DNA from: Squalus acanthias
Lineage: Eukaryota
Length of the DNA stretch: 64,000 bases
Direction of reading: 5' to 3'
Assembly: GCA_030390025.1 (NCBI GenBank)
Contig: JASTWF010000350.1
Span: 248,001-312,000 of the forward strand
Shown here one piece after another: positions 1-11,339 of the stretch (position 1 is the stretch's first letter; each line of letters begins with the position of its first letter). The position numbers and the translations under genes are program-made. The notes below the pieces were generated by a model. The model saw only the letters and a program-made list of their open reading frames with translations. It was not told the DNA's origin and did not search any database.

Positions 1-717
1 GGAGTCCACCTCCAACATTGCACAAGGCTCTGCTCACACCATGGAGCCCATCATTTCCAGTCTGCAAAGGATGGTAGACTCCCAGAGAGACCGTGGAGAC
101 CCAGACCTGATGTCGCATTTGATGGGTGATCTGGCAGCTTCCATTGCAGCACAGGTGGAAGCGACGCAACATCTTAGTGCTGTAATGCAGTCTATGCTTG
201 GTGGCATCCAATCTCAGCCTGCTCTCATGCAGTCGCAGCTTGATGCCACGCAAGCTCTGACTGCTGCCATCATGGCTGGGTCTACCACCGTTGACCGGGG
301 CTTTCACAGTGTCGCAGCAGGCCAGCAATCTGTGCTCCAACAGATTGCTAGGGATGCTGAGGTGCTGATCCGGGGGAGTGGCAGTGGATCAGTGGAGCAG
401 AAACCTGCTGTCTTCTCTCAGGATGACAGTATTCCTGCTCCCACCACTGCCACTCTGCCATTGCCCTTGTCCCTGCCTGGCATCCAGCCAGCCCAGACTG
501 CTGCCGCCCATGCTGGGGTGGTGCAGTCTACAGCCGAGCCTTCCAGCCCCAGAGCTGGTTGAGGGCGTCCTGCAAGGCTATCTGAAGTCTCCCACACGGA
601 TACTCAGCAGCCTTCCACCAGCCCTGCTGCAGCCACTGGGCCAACACTTCGTAGGAGCACTAAAGTAGGCAAAGGCACAGTAACGACAGGCACTAAGGGA
701 TGGCACAAGAGTGAATA
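1..717 (+). pseudogene. 3' part of the Harbinger partner (Myb/SANT-type) gene
   Basis: ORF 41..562 is Ala/Gln/Ser-rich and coiled-coil-like, convergent with the transposase. It resembles the partner remnant at 26020-26480. Confidence 0.6.
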
Positions 718-883
718 GTTAATATTTTTGTTGTAAATATGTGTTCACTGATTTTTGATAAATTTAGTAATTCAGTTTGGATTCTTTTGTGGTGTGTCTC
801 ATTTCAGCTTTGCACTGTGATATGGCCTGTGACAGGGATGGAATGATGGGGATGTGGTGAGCAACGGGGATCTGGGGTTTAAT

Positions 884-2075
884 TCATTGGAACTGCAGTC
901 TGATGAGGTGGTCACGGACAGCCCTTCCCGAAGGCCGATTGAGTGGCTGCCTCCTCCTTTGCTCCTGTTCCTCCTCCTCCTCATTATCTTCCTCTTCCTT
1001 CTCCTTCTCCTCCTCCTCCTCCTCCTCGTCCTCTCCCTCTTCCTCCTCCTGAGGTGGTCCCGCAGTCCCTGGTGGCAAGGGCTGGGCCCTCATGAGGGAC
1101 AAATTGTGGAGCATGCAGCAGACCACGACGAAATGGGACACCCGCTCAGCCGAGTACTAGAGGGCTCCTCCCAAGCGGTCAAGGCAGCGGAACCATTGAT
1201 TCAGCAGGCCGATGATCTGCTCGATGATGTTCCTGGTGGCAGCATGGCTCTCATATGAGTACTGGGCAGGAGTGTTGGGGTTGCGGAGGGGAGTCATGAG
1301 CCAGGTGGAGAGCGGATAGCCCTTGTCTCCAGCCAGCCAGCCGTGAGCTTGACGTGGTGGCTGGAAGATTGCAGGATGAAGGCATCGTGGCTGCTGCCAG
1401 GATAGCGGCATTCACATTGAGGATTAGCTGTATGTGGTCACACACCAACTGCACATTAAGTGAGTGGTATCCTTTGCGGTTACAGAAGATCTCAGGATTG
1501 TTATGCAGTGCCCGCAAAGCCACGTGGGTGCAGTGATTGACGCCCTGCACCATGGGGAATCCCGCTATCCTGGCAAAGTCACATGCATGCTCGCCCTGCT
1601 TCTCTCTGGTGATGGGGAAGGAAATGTAGTCCCTTCTCCTACTGTAGAGAGCCTCTGTGACCTCCCGGAAGCAGCGATGGACGGCGAACTGTGAGATGTT
1701 AGCTATGTCTCCTGTTGCAGACTGGAAGGATCCACTGGCGAAGAAATTGAGGGTGACAGTGACCTTGACTGCCACTGAGAGAGCTGTGGTCGCCCTGATC
1801 TGAGGCTGGAGGTCTGGTTGCAGGAGGTGGCAGAGTTCTGTGACCACCTCCTTGGTGAAGCAGAGCCTTCTAATACACTGCTCCTCGCTTAATTGAAGGT
1901 AGGAGAAGTGCTCTCGGAAGACCCTCGGAGGGTAAGGCCTCCTGTTGAGAGCCCTGATGGCCCTCCTCCTCCCTCTGGTCACATGTTGCAGTCTTTCTCG
2001 CTGCCTCCGCTCCCTCTGTCGTAGATCCTGGAGGGTGAGGGCAACTGCCAGTACAGCACTCATTAATGTAACCAA
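884..2075 (-). pseudogene. Harbinger (HARBI1-like) transposase, frameshifted
   Basis: Split across three ORFs. Motifs FFASGSFQ, IAGFPMVQG..CTH, NRKGYHSLNVQLVCD, GDKGYPL..WLMTP, FRCLD and CCMLHN, plus an acidic tail from a (CTC)n run at about 951-1050. Confidence 0.92.
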
Positions 2076-2563
2076 GTGTAGCAGTTTGATTTAAAAAAAA
2101 AAATGTAGCTACTTTTTAGTTGCCACAACACTCCTGATACTAAATAACGTCGAAATTATGGAATGAGATTGTTGCACTATGTAAAACTGACAAGAACGCA
2201 CTGAAACTCCACTAACCTACAGCTGCGACTCATTACTGATGATCCCTTTAAATAACGTCCCTGGAGCCGGCTTCCTGTTGCTTCATGCCAGCTCTCCCTG
2301 TCGCTGTTTCCTCCAGGCGCTAAGGTAGGTGGCGACAATCAATTTTGCAGATCGGGCGGTCAGTGAGCGTTGCACACTCACTGACGTCACAATCCACCTG
2401 GCGTTGATGCTCCCGGCGATAACTGTTAGCAGCGGCGCTACGGGGGGGCGGGATTTGGTGTGCGCCATTGGATTTGCCTCGCCCTGGTGATAATGTTTTA
2501 GCGCCCCATTAGCACCATCTGCTGCCACTAACAGGAGGCGCTAAGGTACCGGATTTTTCCCCC

Positions 2564-2858
2564 AATCTGTTTTAGTGATGTTGATTGAGGGATAAATATT
2601 GGCCAGGACACCAGGGAAAACTCCGCAGCTCTTCTTCAAAGTAGTGCCATGGGATTTTACATCCACCTGAGAGAGCAGATGGGGCCTCGGTTTAACATCT
2701 CATCCAAAAGACGGCACCTCCGACAGTGCAGCTCTCCCTCAGCACTGCACTGCACTGGAGTGTCAGCCTAGATTTTTGTACTCAAGTCTCTGGAGTTGGA
2801 CTTGAACCCACAACCTTCTGACTCAGGCAAGAGTGCTACCAACTGAGCCACAGCTAAC
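2564..2858 (-). mobile_element. DeuSINE (SacSINE1-like), 5' half
   Basis: tRNA-like head (TGGCTCAGTTGGTAGCA...GGTTCAAGTCC on -) plus a Deu-like body shared with other copies in the window. Confidence 0.85.
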
Positions 2859-3499
2859 TGATAGAAGTGTCTGGGTTGACAGATGGTGGAGTGGATATTG
2901 CAGCTGAGTGCTGACTGGTGTCTGACCAATCTAACTTTCCTCAGTTCTTCCTCCTGATCTTCCTTTTCGTCCTCCTCACAATAGAGGTAAAAGGGAAAGT
3001 CGTCATTGGCAGGGGACAAAGGCTTCAATTCTTGGAGCAGTGCTCTAGCTCTTCCCTACTTTGAGATTGATTAAGCTGAAGGTTAAATTACTTGATAAGA
3101 AATGGCTCTTACAACTCATGACTGAACCAAATGTCCACTTGTGGAACATCCAGTTTCATACTATCACTAGGAAGCTGTAACACCATTTTTGTATTTTTGC
3201 TTTGGAGGTGGGGCCCTAGTGATGGGGAAGGGAAATAGAATATTGCATGTTGCACAGTCATTACATGAGCATTTCCATGCTGGGTGGCGGGGGGGGGGGG
3301 TGGTAATTTTTGATGAACGCTACAGGGCTCCAATATTGGGGAGGGCAGAGGGGAATGCTGACGGGCCTCAGGACTGGTAGCGAGTGGATCCTTAGGCTTC
3401 TTCACCACATTTACCTCCAAGGAACCGCTGGAAAACAGTTGAAAACCCAGAGGAAAACTTAGCCCATTGTGTGAAGAATATTGGCAATGCCATTTTCAG

Positions 3500-3806
3500 T
3501 TGGTGCAATTGATTTGGCACTATGGATTTCCTTACGGAATAGTCCTTTATATTTGTTATTTGGAGAAAGAAGAGAAGGAGCAAACATTGGTTATAAGGCA
3601 GATGAGATTGCACTAGATGCAGACCAACAGACATACTGGCTCCACCCGCTGTTACCCTGTCTGCAGAAAGAGGGAAACTTTGCTGAATGTCAGAGGAACT
3701 TTCTTCACAGACTGTGCTTCATAATAAAGGCAGTGACAGAAGTGTGTCGCATACTGGAACCCAACCTCGAGAAAAATAAAAGATGTATCCGAAACCCAGA
3801 TGATGT
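3500..3806 (+). CDS. Candidate host-gene exon, product unknown
   Basis: Non-repetitive open frame of about 102 codons (VGAIDLALW...RNPDD), bounded by ttttcAG and GTaaat. Phase-compatible with 11125-11225. Confidence 0.3.
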
Positions 3807-3869
3807 GTAAATTGCCTCTGGGCCTTGGATGCATCTTTTAGTTCTCTAATTATTGCCTCTTTTTATCAC

Positions 3870-4092
3870 ACCATTATCACTTCTGTCATTTAATCACCTC
3901 CTATCCTCCATAGACCATTCAATTGTTTTCTCCCCACCCCATTTTCCCTGACTCTGTTCCTCCGTACTGTTCATCTGTAACATCTCTAGTTCTGATGAAA
4001 GGCCATCAACCTGAAATGTTAACCCTATCTTCCTCTCTCCACAGACTCCGGCTGACTTGCTGAGTGTTTCCAGCATTTTCTATTTTTATTCA
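3870..4092 (+). mobile_element. Penelope-like element terminal fragment with degraded hammerhead motif
   Basis: Same repeat family as 30326-30428 (CTGATGA...GAAA.GTTAAC...CTCTCCAC.GA...TGCTGAGT.TTTCCAGC). Confidence 0.6.
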
Positions 4093-4372
4093 ACAATTTA
4101 AATAGTATCATTAACGTGGAGAAGCATCTCAGGGCGCTTCACATAGAGAAGAGTGAATGCCGAGCCAAAGAAAGAGATATTAGGAGGGCTGATCAAAAGC
4201 TTAGTCAATTAGGTGGGTTTTAAGGAGGGTTTTAAAGGAGGAGAGGGAGGTGACGAGACGAAGAATTTTGGGGAGGGAATTTGAGAGCATGGAGCCTAGG
4301 CTAAAAGCACGGCCGCCAATGGTGGGGTGAAGGGAGCAGGAATGCACAAGAGCCCAGAGTTGGAGGAACATA

Positions 4373-5170
4373 GGCGGCGATATTAACCCCCCCCCCACCA
4401 CGGCCGGGGGGGAGTGAGGGGGAGGATTAAAAATTTTAAAACATGGAACACGTCCCCAAACCACTGCGTAAGTGCCCGCTGGCGTTTTTATGGCGGCGGG
4501 TTTTCTGTCATGCGAGTGTCCCGTGGGGCAGTTCATCAAAACATTTATATCAGGCTCCCCCAGGGCTCGGGAAACCCAGCAGCAAAAGGAAGGCGGGAGC
4601 TGCCGACGCAAGAAGGTAAGTGCCTTTTACAGCATTCCGTGTGGGCCAGGAGGAGCAGGAGTGCTCACCCCAGCCGCTCAAGGAAGCCTTCGGCCTCCCC
4701 TCTGCTGATTCTGGCCTCTCTCGCACCCCCCCACCCCCGCTGCAATTGTTTACCCTCCTCAAGCCCCGATCTCTTGCTCCCTCCCTCCCGCAATGGCCTC
4801 CTTCTTCCCTCTCCCCCCCGCCCCCCCACCCCGCCACCAAGTCACAATCTCTGGCTCCCTTCCTCTTGCATTGGCCTCTCTCTTCCACACCCCGCCCCTC
4901 ACCCCCAGCCCAGCCACGATCTCTTGCTCCCTCCACCCTCCCGATTGCTGGAGCCTGGCCCAAGGGTCCCAGGCTGTGGCCTCCTGCCGTTGGTTTTCCT
5001 GCCCGGCAGCCAGCCAGCCTGTCAATTTGTCCACTGCTGGGCAGGAAACAGAAGAAAAAATCCGAATGAGATCCTGCCGTTAAATTTGGCAGGAACTCCG
5101 CGTCTCCGGGTTTTCCCCACGTTGCCGCACTCCCCTACATATTCCCCACCTCCTCATAAATATCGGGGCC
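4373..5170. mobile_element. Harbinger-type MITE (about 800 bp)
   Basis: Imperfect TIR GGCGGCGATATT / AATATCGGGGCC with a 3-bp TSD ATA on both sides. C-rich interior. Confidence 0.7.
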
Positions 5171-5609
5171 ATAGTGTTTGGGGGAGGGGGTTGTAGGGCT
5201 GGAGGATGTTACAGTGATAATAGCCAGGGAGGGGGCTGGAAAGGTTACAGAGTTTGTTGCAGGGGCCAAAGATAACTGCTTCAGTCTTAATATTTAACAA
5301 GAGGGAATTGTGGCTCATCCAAAGCAGGGCAGTTTGACAGCACAGAGGCAGTGGAGGGTTGAGAAAGTTGGTGCAGAGTTAGAGCTGGGTGTCATTAATG
5401 TATGTGTGGAAGCTGACCTCATGTCTGCAGATAATGTTGCCAAGTATCAGCATGTAGAGGAGGGGCCAAAGGATAGATCCTTGAGGGCCTCCAGAGGTGA
5501 TGGTGCGGAGGCAAAAAAGAAGCCATTGCTGAAGATGGCGTGTTTACATAGGTGAGGGCAGTCCCACTGAGCTGAACAGTGGAGGAAGATAGTGTGGTCG
5601 ACCTTGTCA

Positions 5610-7444
5610 TAGAAACATAGAAGATAGGAGCAGGAGTAGGCCATTCGGCCCCTCGAGCCTGCTCCGCCATTCAATGCGATCATGGCTGATCATCCAAATT
5701 CAGTACCCTGTCCCTGCTTTCTCCCCATATCCCTTGATCCCCTTAGCCTTAAGAAATATATCTAACTCCTTCTTGAATATATTTAATGAATTGGCCTCAA
5801 CTGCCTTCTGTGGTAGAGAATTCCACAGGTTCACCACTCTCTAGGTGAAGAAATTCCTCCTCATCTCAGTCCTAAATGGCTTACCCCTTATCCTTAGACT
5901 GTGACCCCTGGTTCTAGACTCCCCCGCTATCAGGAACAGCCTTCCTGCATCTAGTCTGTCTAGTCCTGTTAGAATTTTATAAGTTTCAATAAGATCTCCT
6001 CTCATTCTTCTAAACTCTAGCGAATATAAGCCTAATCGACCCAATCTCTCTTCATACATCATTCCTGCCATCCAAGGTATCAGTCTGGTGAATCTTCGCT
6101 GCACTCCTTCCATGGCAAGAACATCCTTCCTCAGATAAGGCGACCAAAACTGCACACAATACTCAAGGTGTGGTCTCACCAAGGCCCTGTACAACTGCAG
6201 AAAGACATCCTTGCTCCTGTACTCGAATCCTCTCGCTATGAAGGCCAACATACCATTTGCCTTCTTAACCGCCTGCTGCACCTGCATGCTTACCTTCAGC
6301 GACTGGTGCACAAGGACACCCAGGTCTTGTTGCACTTCCCCTTTTCCCAATCTATTGCCGTTCAGATAATAATCTGCCTTCCTGTTTTTGCCACCAAGTG
6401 GATAACCTCGCATTTATCCACATTATACTGCATCTGCCATGCATCGACCCAATCACTCAACCTGTCCAAATCATACTGGAGTTTCTCTGCATCCTCCTCA
6501 CAGCACACACACCCACCCAGCTTTGTGTCGTCTGCAAACTTGGAGATATTACATCTAGTTCCCTCATCTAGATCATTAATATATATTGTGAATAGCTGGG
6601 GTCCTAGCACTGATCCCTACGGTACCCCACTAAGTCACTGCCTGCCACTCGGAAAAAGACCCGTTTATTCCAACTCTTTGCTTCCTGTCTGCCAACCAGT
6701 TCTCTATCCAAGTCAGTACCTTACCCCCAATCCCATGTGCTTTAACTTTACACGCTAATCTCTTATGCGGGACCTTATCGAAAGCCTTCTGAAAGTTCAA
6801 ATACACCACATCCACTGGTTCTCCCTTATCTATCCTACCAGTTACATCCTCAAAAAATTCCAGTAGATTAGTCAAGCTTGATTTACCTTTTGTAAATCCA
6901 TGTTGACTTTGTCCGATCCTGTCACTGTTTTCCAAGTGCTCGGCTATTACATCTTTTATAATGGACTCTAGCATTTTCCCCACTACCGATGTCAGGCTTA
7001 CCGGTCTATAATTCCCCATTTTCTCTCTACCACCTTTTTTAAATAGTGGGGTTACATTAGCTACCCTCCAATCCATGGGAACTGTTCCAGAGTCCATAGA
7101 ATTTTGGAAGATGACCAGCAATGCATCTACTATTTCTAGGGCCATTTCCTTAAGTACCCTAGGATGTAGATTATCAGGCCCTGGGGATATATCGGCCTTC
7201 AAACCCGTCAATTTCCCTACATTTCCCTACAAATACTGATTTCATTCAGTTTCTCCCTCTCATTAGACCCTATGTTCCCCGACATCTCTGGGAGTTTATT
7301 TGTGTCCTCCTTTGTGAAGACAGAACCAAAGTATGTATTTAATTGGTCTGCCATTTCTTTGTTCCCCATTATAAATTCCCCTGATTCTGACTGCAAGGGA
7401 CCTATGCTTGACTTCACCAATCTTTTTCTCTTCACATATCTATA
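5610..7444 (-). mobile_element. CR1 LINE, 5'-truncated, ORF2 RT region disrupted
   Basis: ORFs carry NYRPVSLTS, FQKAFDKVPH, KFADDTKLGG and RPHLEYCVQFWSP. Microsatellite tail present. TSD TTGTCA at 5604-5609 and 7445-7450. Confidence 0.95.
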
Positions 7445-8386
7445 TTGTCAAAGGCTACAGAGAGCGTGAGGAGTATGATGAAGGATAATACCCCACAGTC
7501 ACAGAGGATGTCATTTGTGATTTTGGTTTTGATGCTGCGGCAGTGTTGAAACCTGATTGGAGAAGTTCAAACATGGTGTTCCAGGAAAGATTGTCTTGGA
7601 TTTGGGAGGCCACAACACATTCAAGGACTTTGGAGAGGAAAGGGAGGTTAGAGTTGGGACGGTAGTTTGCAAGGACAGTGGGGTCACGGGTGGGTTTTTT
7701 GAAGAGGGTGATAATATTGGCAGATTTGAAGGGGACGAGGACAGTACTTGAGGAGATGGAACCGTTTATAATATTAGCTAGTATGGGTGTCAGGCAGGAA
7801 AATTGGCTGGTCAGCAGTTTAGTGGGAATAGGGTCAATAGAGCAGGAGGTGGGTCTCATGGACAGGTTGAACTCGGAGAGGGTATGAGGAGAGATAGGAG
7901 ACAAACTGGAGAAAGATGCAAGTTCTGGGTTTGGGCAGGAGGAAAGCTTGGCTTGGTGGGCAAGGGCAAGGTAGGGATGCCGCAGAGGCAGCTGAACGGA
8001 TGGTCTCAATCCTAGTGACAAAGAAGTCCACGAGCTCCTCGTACTTGTTAGAGGTGAGGGTAGAGGGGGCAGGGGAGTGCAATTTAAGGATGGTAGTGGA
8101 GAAAAGAAGCCAAGGGTTATCTTTGCATTCCAGGATGATTCTGGAATAGTGAGCAGTTTTGGGAGAGGAGACCAGGGCCCAATAATGCTTTATGTGGTGC
8201 AGCCAGATCTGGCGTGGAATCGCTAAATCAGTCGTGCCATATACGTTAAATTCAGTGCCACTTAGACTTAATGGAGTGAGGGTGGAGTCCTTACCAGGGT
8301 GAATGACCATGGTGGGAGAGAGTAAGGGATTTACTGGGGATAAGGGCATCAAAGGGAGGTGAGGATGTCATTGAGCAAACCAATAG

Positions 8387-9610
8387 GAAACCATTATCAG
8401 AGACAAAATAAACTTTCATTTGGAAAGGCATGTGTTAATCAAGGAGAGCCAGAATGGATTTGTTAAAGGCAATTTGTGTCTGACTAACTTGATTGAATTC
8501 TTTGATGAAGTAATAGAGAAGGTTGATCAAGGTAATGCAGTAAATATTGTATATATGGACTTTCGGAAGGCTTTCGACAAAGTGCCACACAGGAGGCTTA
8601 TTAAGAAGATGGAAGCCCATGGAATTAAGGGGAAAGTGGCGGGATGGATACAAAAATGACTCAGTGACAGGAAGCAAAGGGTGGTGGTGGATGGATGTTT
8701 TTCAGACTGGGAGGAGGTTTGTAGTGGTGTTCCCCAAGGGTCAGTTTTTATAAATGATCTAGACTCAGGTGTAGAGAGCCACATTATAAAGTTTGCAGAT
8801 GATCCGAAACTTGGCAAAGTAGTAGCTAGTGATGAGGATAGTTATAGGCTTCAGGATGACATAGACAGGATGGTGAAATGGGCAGAAGCATGGCAGATGG
8901 AGAATTGTGGAGAATTGTGAAGTGATGCACTTTGAAAGGACTAATATGGAAAGACAGTATACCATAAATGACACGATTTTGAAAAGTGTAGATGAGCAGA
9001 GAGACCTTGGTGCACATATACACAAATCCTTAAAGGTGGCAGGGCAAGTTGATCAAGTGATTAAAAAAGCATATGGATTATTTGGATTTTTAAATAGAGG
9101 AATAGAACATAAAAGCAAAGAGATAATGCTAGAACTTTATAAATCACTGGTTAGGCCTCAGCTGGAGTATTGTGGACAATTCTGGGCACCACACTTCAGG
9201 AAAAAGAAAAAGAAGAAAGATTTGCATTTATATTGCGCCTTTCACAACCTCAGGACGTCCCAAAGTGCTGTACAACCAATGAAGTACTTTTTGAAGTGTA
9301 GTCACTGTTGTAATGTGGGAAACACAGCATCCAATTTGCGCACAGCAAGCTCCCACAAACAGCAATGTGATAATGACCAGATAATCTGTTTTTTAGTGAT
9401 TTTGATTGAGGGATAAATATTGACCAGGACACCGGGGATAACTCCCCTGCCCTTCTTCGTTTACATCCACCTGAGAGAAAAGACAGGGCCTCGGTTTAAC
9501 ATCTCATCTGAAAGATGGCATCTCTGACAGTGCAGCTCTCCCTCAGCACTGCACTGGAGTGTCAGCCTGGATTTTTGCACTCAAGTCTCTAGAGTGGAAC
9601 TTGAACCCAC

Positions 9611-9641
<31 letters not shown>

Positions 9642-10175
9642 AATTGAGCTACAGCTGACATGAAGATGTAAAGGTCTTAGAAAGGGTACAGAGGAGGTTT
9701 ACCAGGATGTTACCAGAGATGAGGGACTTCAGTTATGAGGAGAGGTTGGAAAAGTTAGGACTGTTCTGCTTGGAACAGAGAAGGTTAAGAGGTGACCTAA
9801 TAGACGATTTCAAGATGATGAGAGGTTTTGATAGAGTAAATGGGGAAAAACTATTCCCTCTGGTGAGTGGGTCAATAACCAGAGGTCATAGATTCAAAAT
9901 CATTGGCAAAAGATCTAGAGGGGCGATGAGGAGAAAGCTTTTCAATCAGAGAGCTGTCAGGATCTGGAATGCTCGACCTGTAGAGGTGATGGAAGCTGAT
10001 TCCATAAATCATATTAATAGGGAGTTGGGCAGGTACTGGAGGATGAGGAACTTACAGGGTTACGGACAAAAAGAGGAGATGATGGGACTGAGCACGACTG
10101 CTTTTTCTAAGAGCCAGCACAGGCACGATGGGCCAAATGGCCTCCTTCTGTGCTGTACGTTTCTATGATTCTATG
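8387..10175 (+). mobile_element. CR1 LINE, 5'-truncated, interrupted by a SINE
   Basis: Motifs DFRKAFDKVPH, KFADD and RPQLEYC. (ATTCTATG)n tail. Possible TSD ATAG. Confidence 0.9.
9202..9660 (-). mobile_element. DeuSINE (SacSINE1-like), full length
   Basis: tRNA-like head, Deu-like core and L2-like tail. Inserted within the CR1 codons PHFRKDV. Confidence 0.9.
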
Positions 10176-10601
10176 ATAGCTGCAGAAGTATTATGGTGAA
10201 TGAGGGCCAGAGGCTAGGCAGTTGGGAGCTTGAAAATGCCGTTGTAAGTGACTTGGGGGAGAATTTTTTCCTGTTGAGAATGCAGAAGGAAGTGGGTTGA
10301 AAAGGGGAAGGGAGGTGTGAGTGATGAGGAATACAAGGAAGTGATCAGAGATGGCTTTATCTGTGATTGAGATGATGGGAAAAGAGAGGCCACATGAGAT
10401 AACAAGGTCAAGGGGGTGGCCGTGAATATGGGTAGGTGAGTTTATATGGAGGGAGAGGTAGAGAAAGAAAGACTTACATTTCTGTAGCACCTTTCACAAC
10501 CTCAGGACATCCCAAAACGTTTTACAGCCAATGAAGTACTTTTGAAGTATAGTCACTGTTGTAATGTTAAGGAGGGATCAGTGGTAACAGGAAAGCAAAC
10601 T

Positions 10602-10740
10602 CATAAGAACATAAGAAATAGGAGCAGGAGTCGGCCTACTCGGCCCTTCGAGGCTGCTCCGCCATTCACTGAGATCATGGCTGATCTTTGACCTCAACTC
10701 CGCCTTCCCGCACTATCCCCATATCCCTTGATTCCCCTAG
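10602..10740 (-). mobile_element. CR1 3' tail fragment
   Basis: CATAAGAACATAAGAAATAGGAGCAGGAG tail, similar to those at 5610 and 50138. Confidence 0.75.
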
Positions 10741-11124
10741 ATTGAGGGGCAGATGGGCTGTCCGCTGCAACATGTGTAACTGAAGGATTTTACCACAATT
10801 AACTATGTTTGGTATGAAGCAATGCCTCAGGGTATGTGGCTGATTCACGATTGGAAATTTCACACTTAGCATTTGTCCAATGTTGACAGCACCACTGAAC
10901 ATTAACGCCAAAGTAATGTTTGAGAAAAGGGGATACCAATGAGATATGTTACTCTGTGGGTTTCTATTTTATGTGCCTCTGAAAATATTTGACTTGTCAC
11001 TACCAACTGCAGTTCGGTCAAACTTTAATAAATATTTTTATTTGCTGAAAAACTGAACTTCAATGACCTCTCCAGCCAGTGAGTGGGTTAATTTTTACTT
11101 TTGTGATCCCTCGCTTTTCCCCAG

Positions 11125-11225
11125 CTCTATTATGACAACAAAATATGAACAGAAATCAGCCGCACTGGGTTGCCGACAGTTTGGAGGATTCCTGCAGTTT
11201 TTAACATCCCACGTCTCAAGAGAAG
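11125..11225 (+). CDS. Candidate internal exon (101 bp) of an unidentified host gene
   Basis: Strong acceptor (ccctcgcttttcccCAG) and donor (AAG|GTAAG). Only one frame is open: SIMTTKYEQKSAALGCRQFGGFLQFLTSHVSRE. Confidence 0.45.
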
Positions 11226-11339
11226 GTAAGCCAGGATAAAGTGCCAGGTAAATAGAATAAATATAGATTAACCAGCGAGTGAATAATGACGTTTATGGCG
11301 TTGTGCTGCTGTTACTTTTGTGGTAATTATTGTGTTTAC

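Larger units (their letters stand above)
1..2563. mobile_element. Harbinger/PIF DNA transposon, decayed two-gene element truncated by the window start
   Basis: Convergent partner-gene ORF (+) and DDE transposase (-). The right end reads ...GGATTTTTCCCCC, followed by AAT and the resumption of a SINE body. Confidence 0.85.
4105..10460 (-). mobile_element. Old L2 LINE broken into four pieces (about 4105-4372, 5171-5609, 7445-8386, 10176-10460) by younger insertions
   Basis: L2 ORF2 remnants (DPIPTKLL, NYRPNSNLPFLSKVLE, HGHPLDLVIS) and an L2 3' UTR. The sequence is collinear across each insertion. Confidence 0.8.

Noticed and set aside
854..1258. Poly-Leu ORF as a signal or transmembrane protein
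   Set aside because: It is the antisense reading of the Glu-rich (GAG)n tail of the Harbinger transposase.
884..2075. Domesticated HARBI1 host gene
   Set aside because: It has frameshifts, an altered first catalytic motif (NHCTH instead of IDCTH), a TIR, and several similar decayed copies nearby.
4414..5196. 260-aa Pro-rich ORF
   Set aside because: It lies within the C-rich low-complexity interior of a MITE, with several overlapping frames open and no domain.
10786..10831. Possible small exon ending at AGG|GTATGT
   Set aside because: The acceptor is poor, and the exon is not phase-compatible with 11125-11225.
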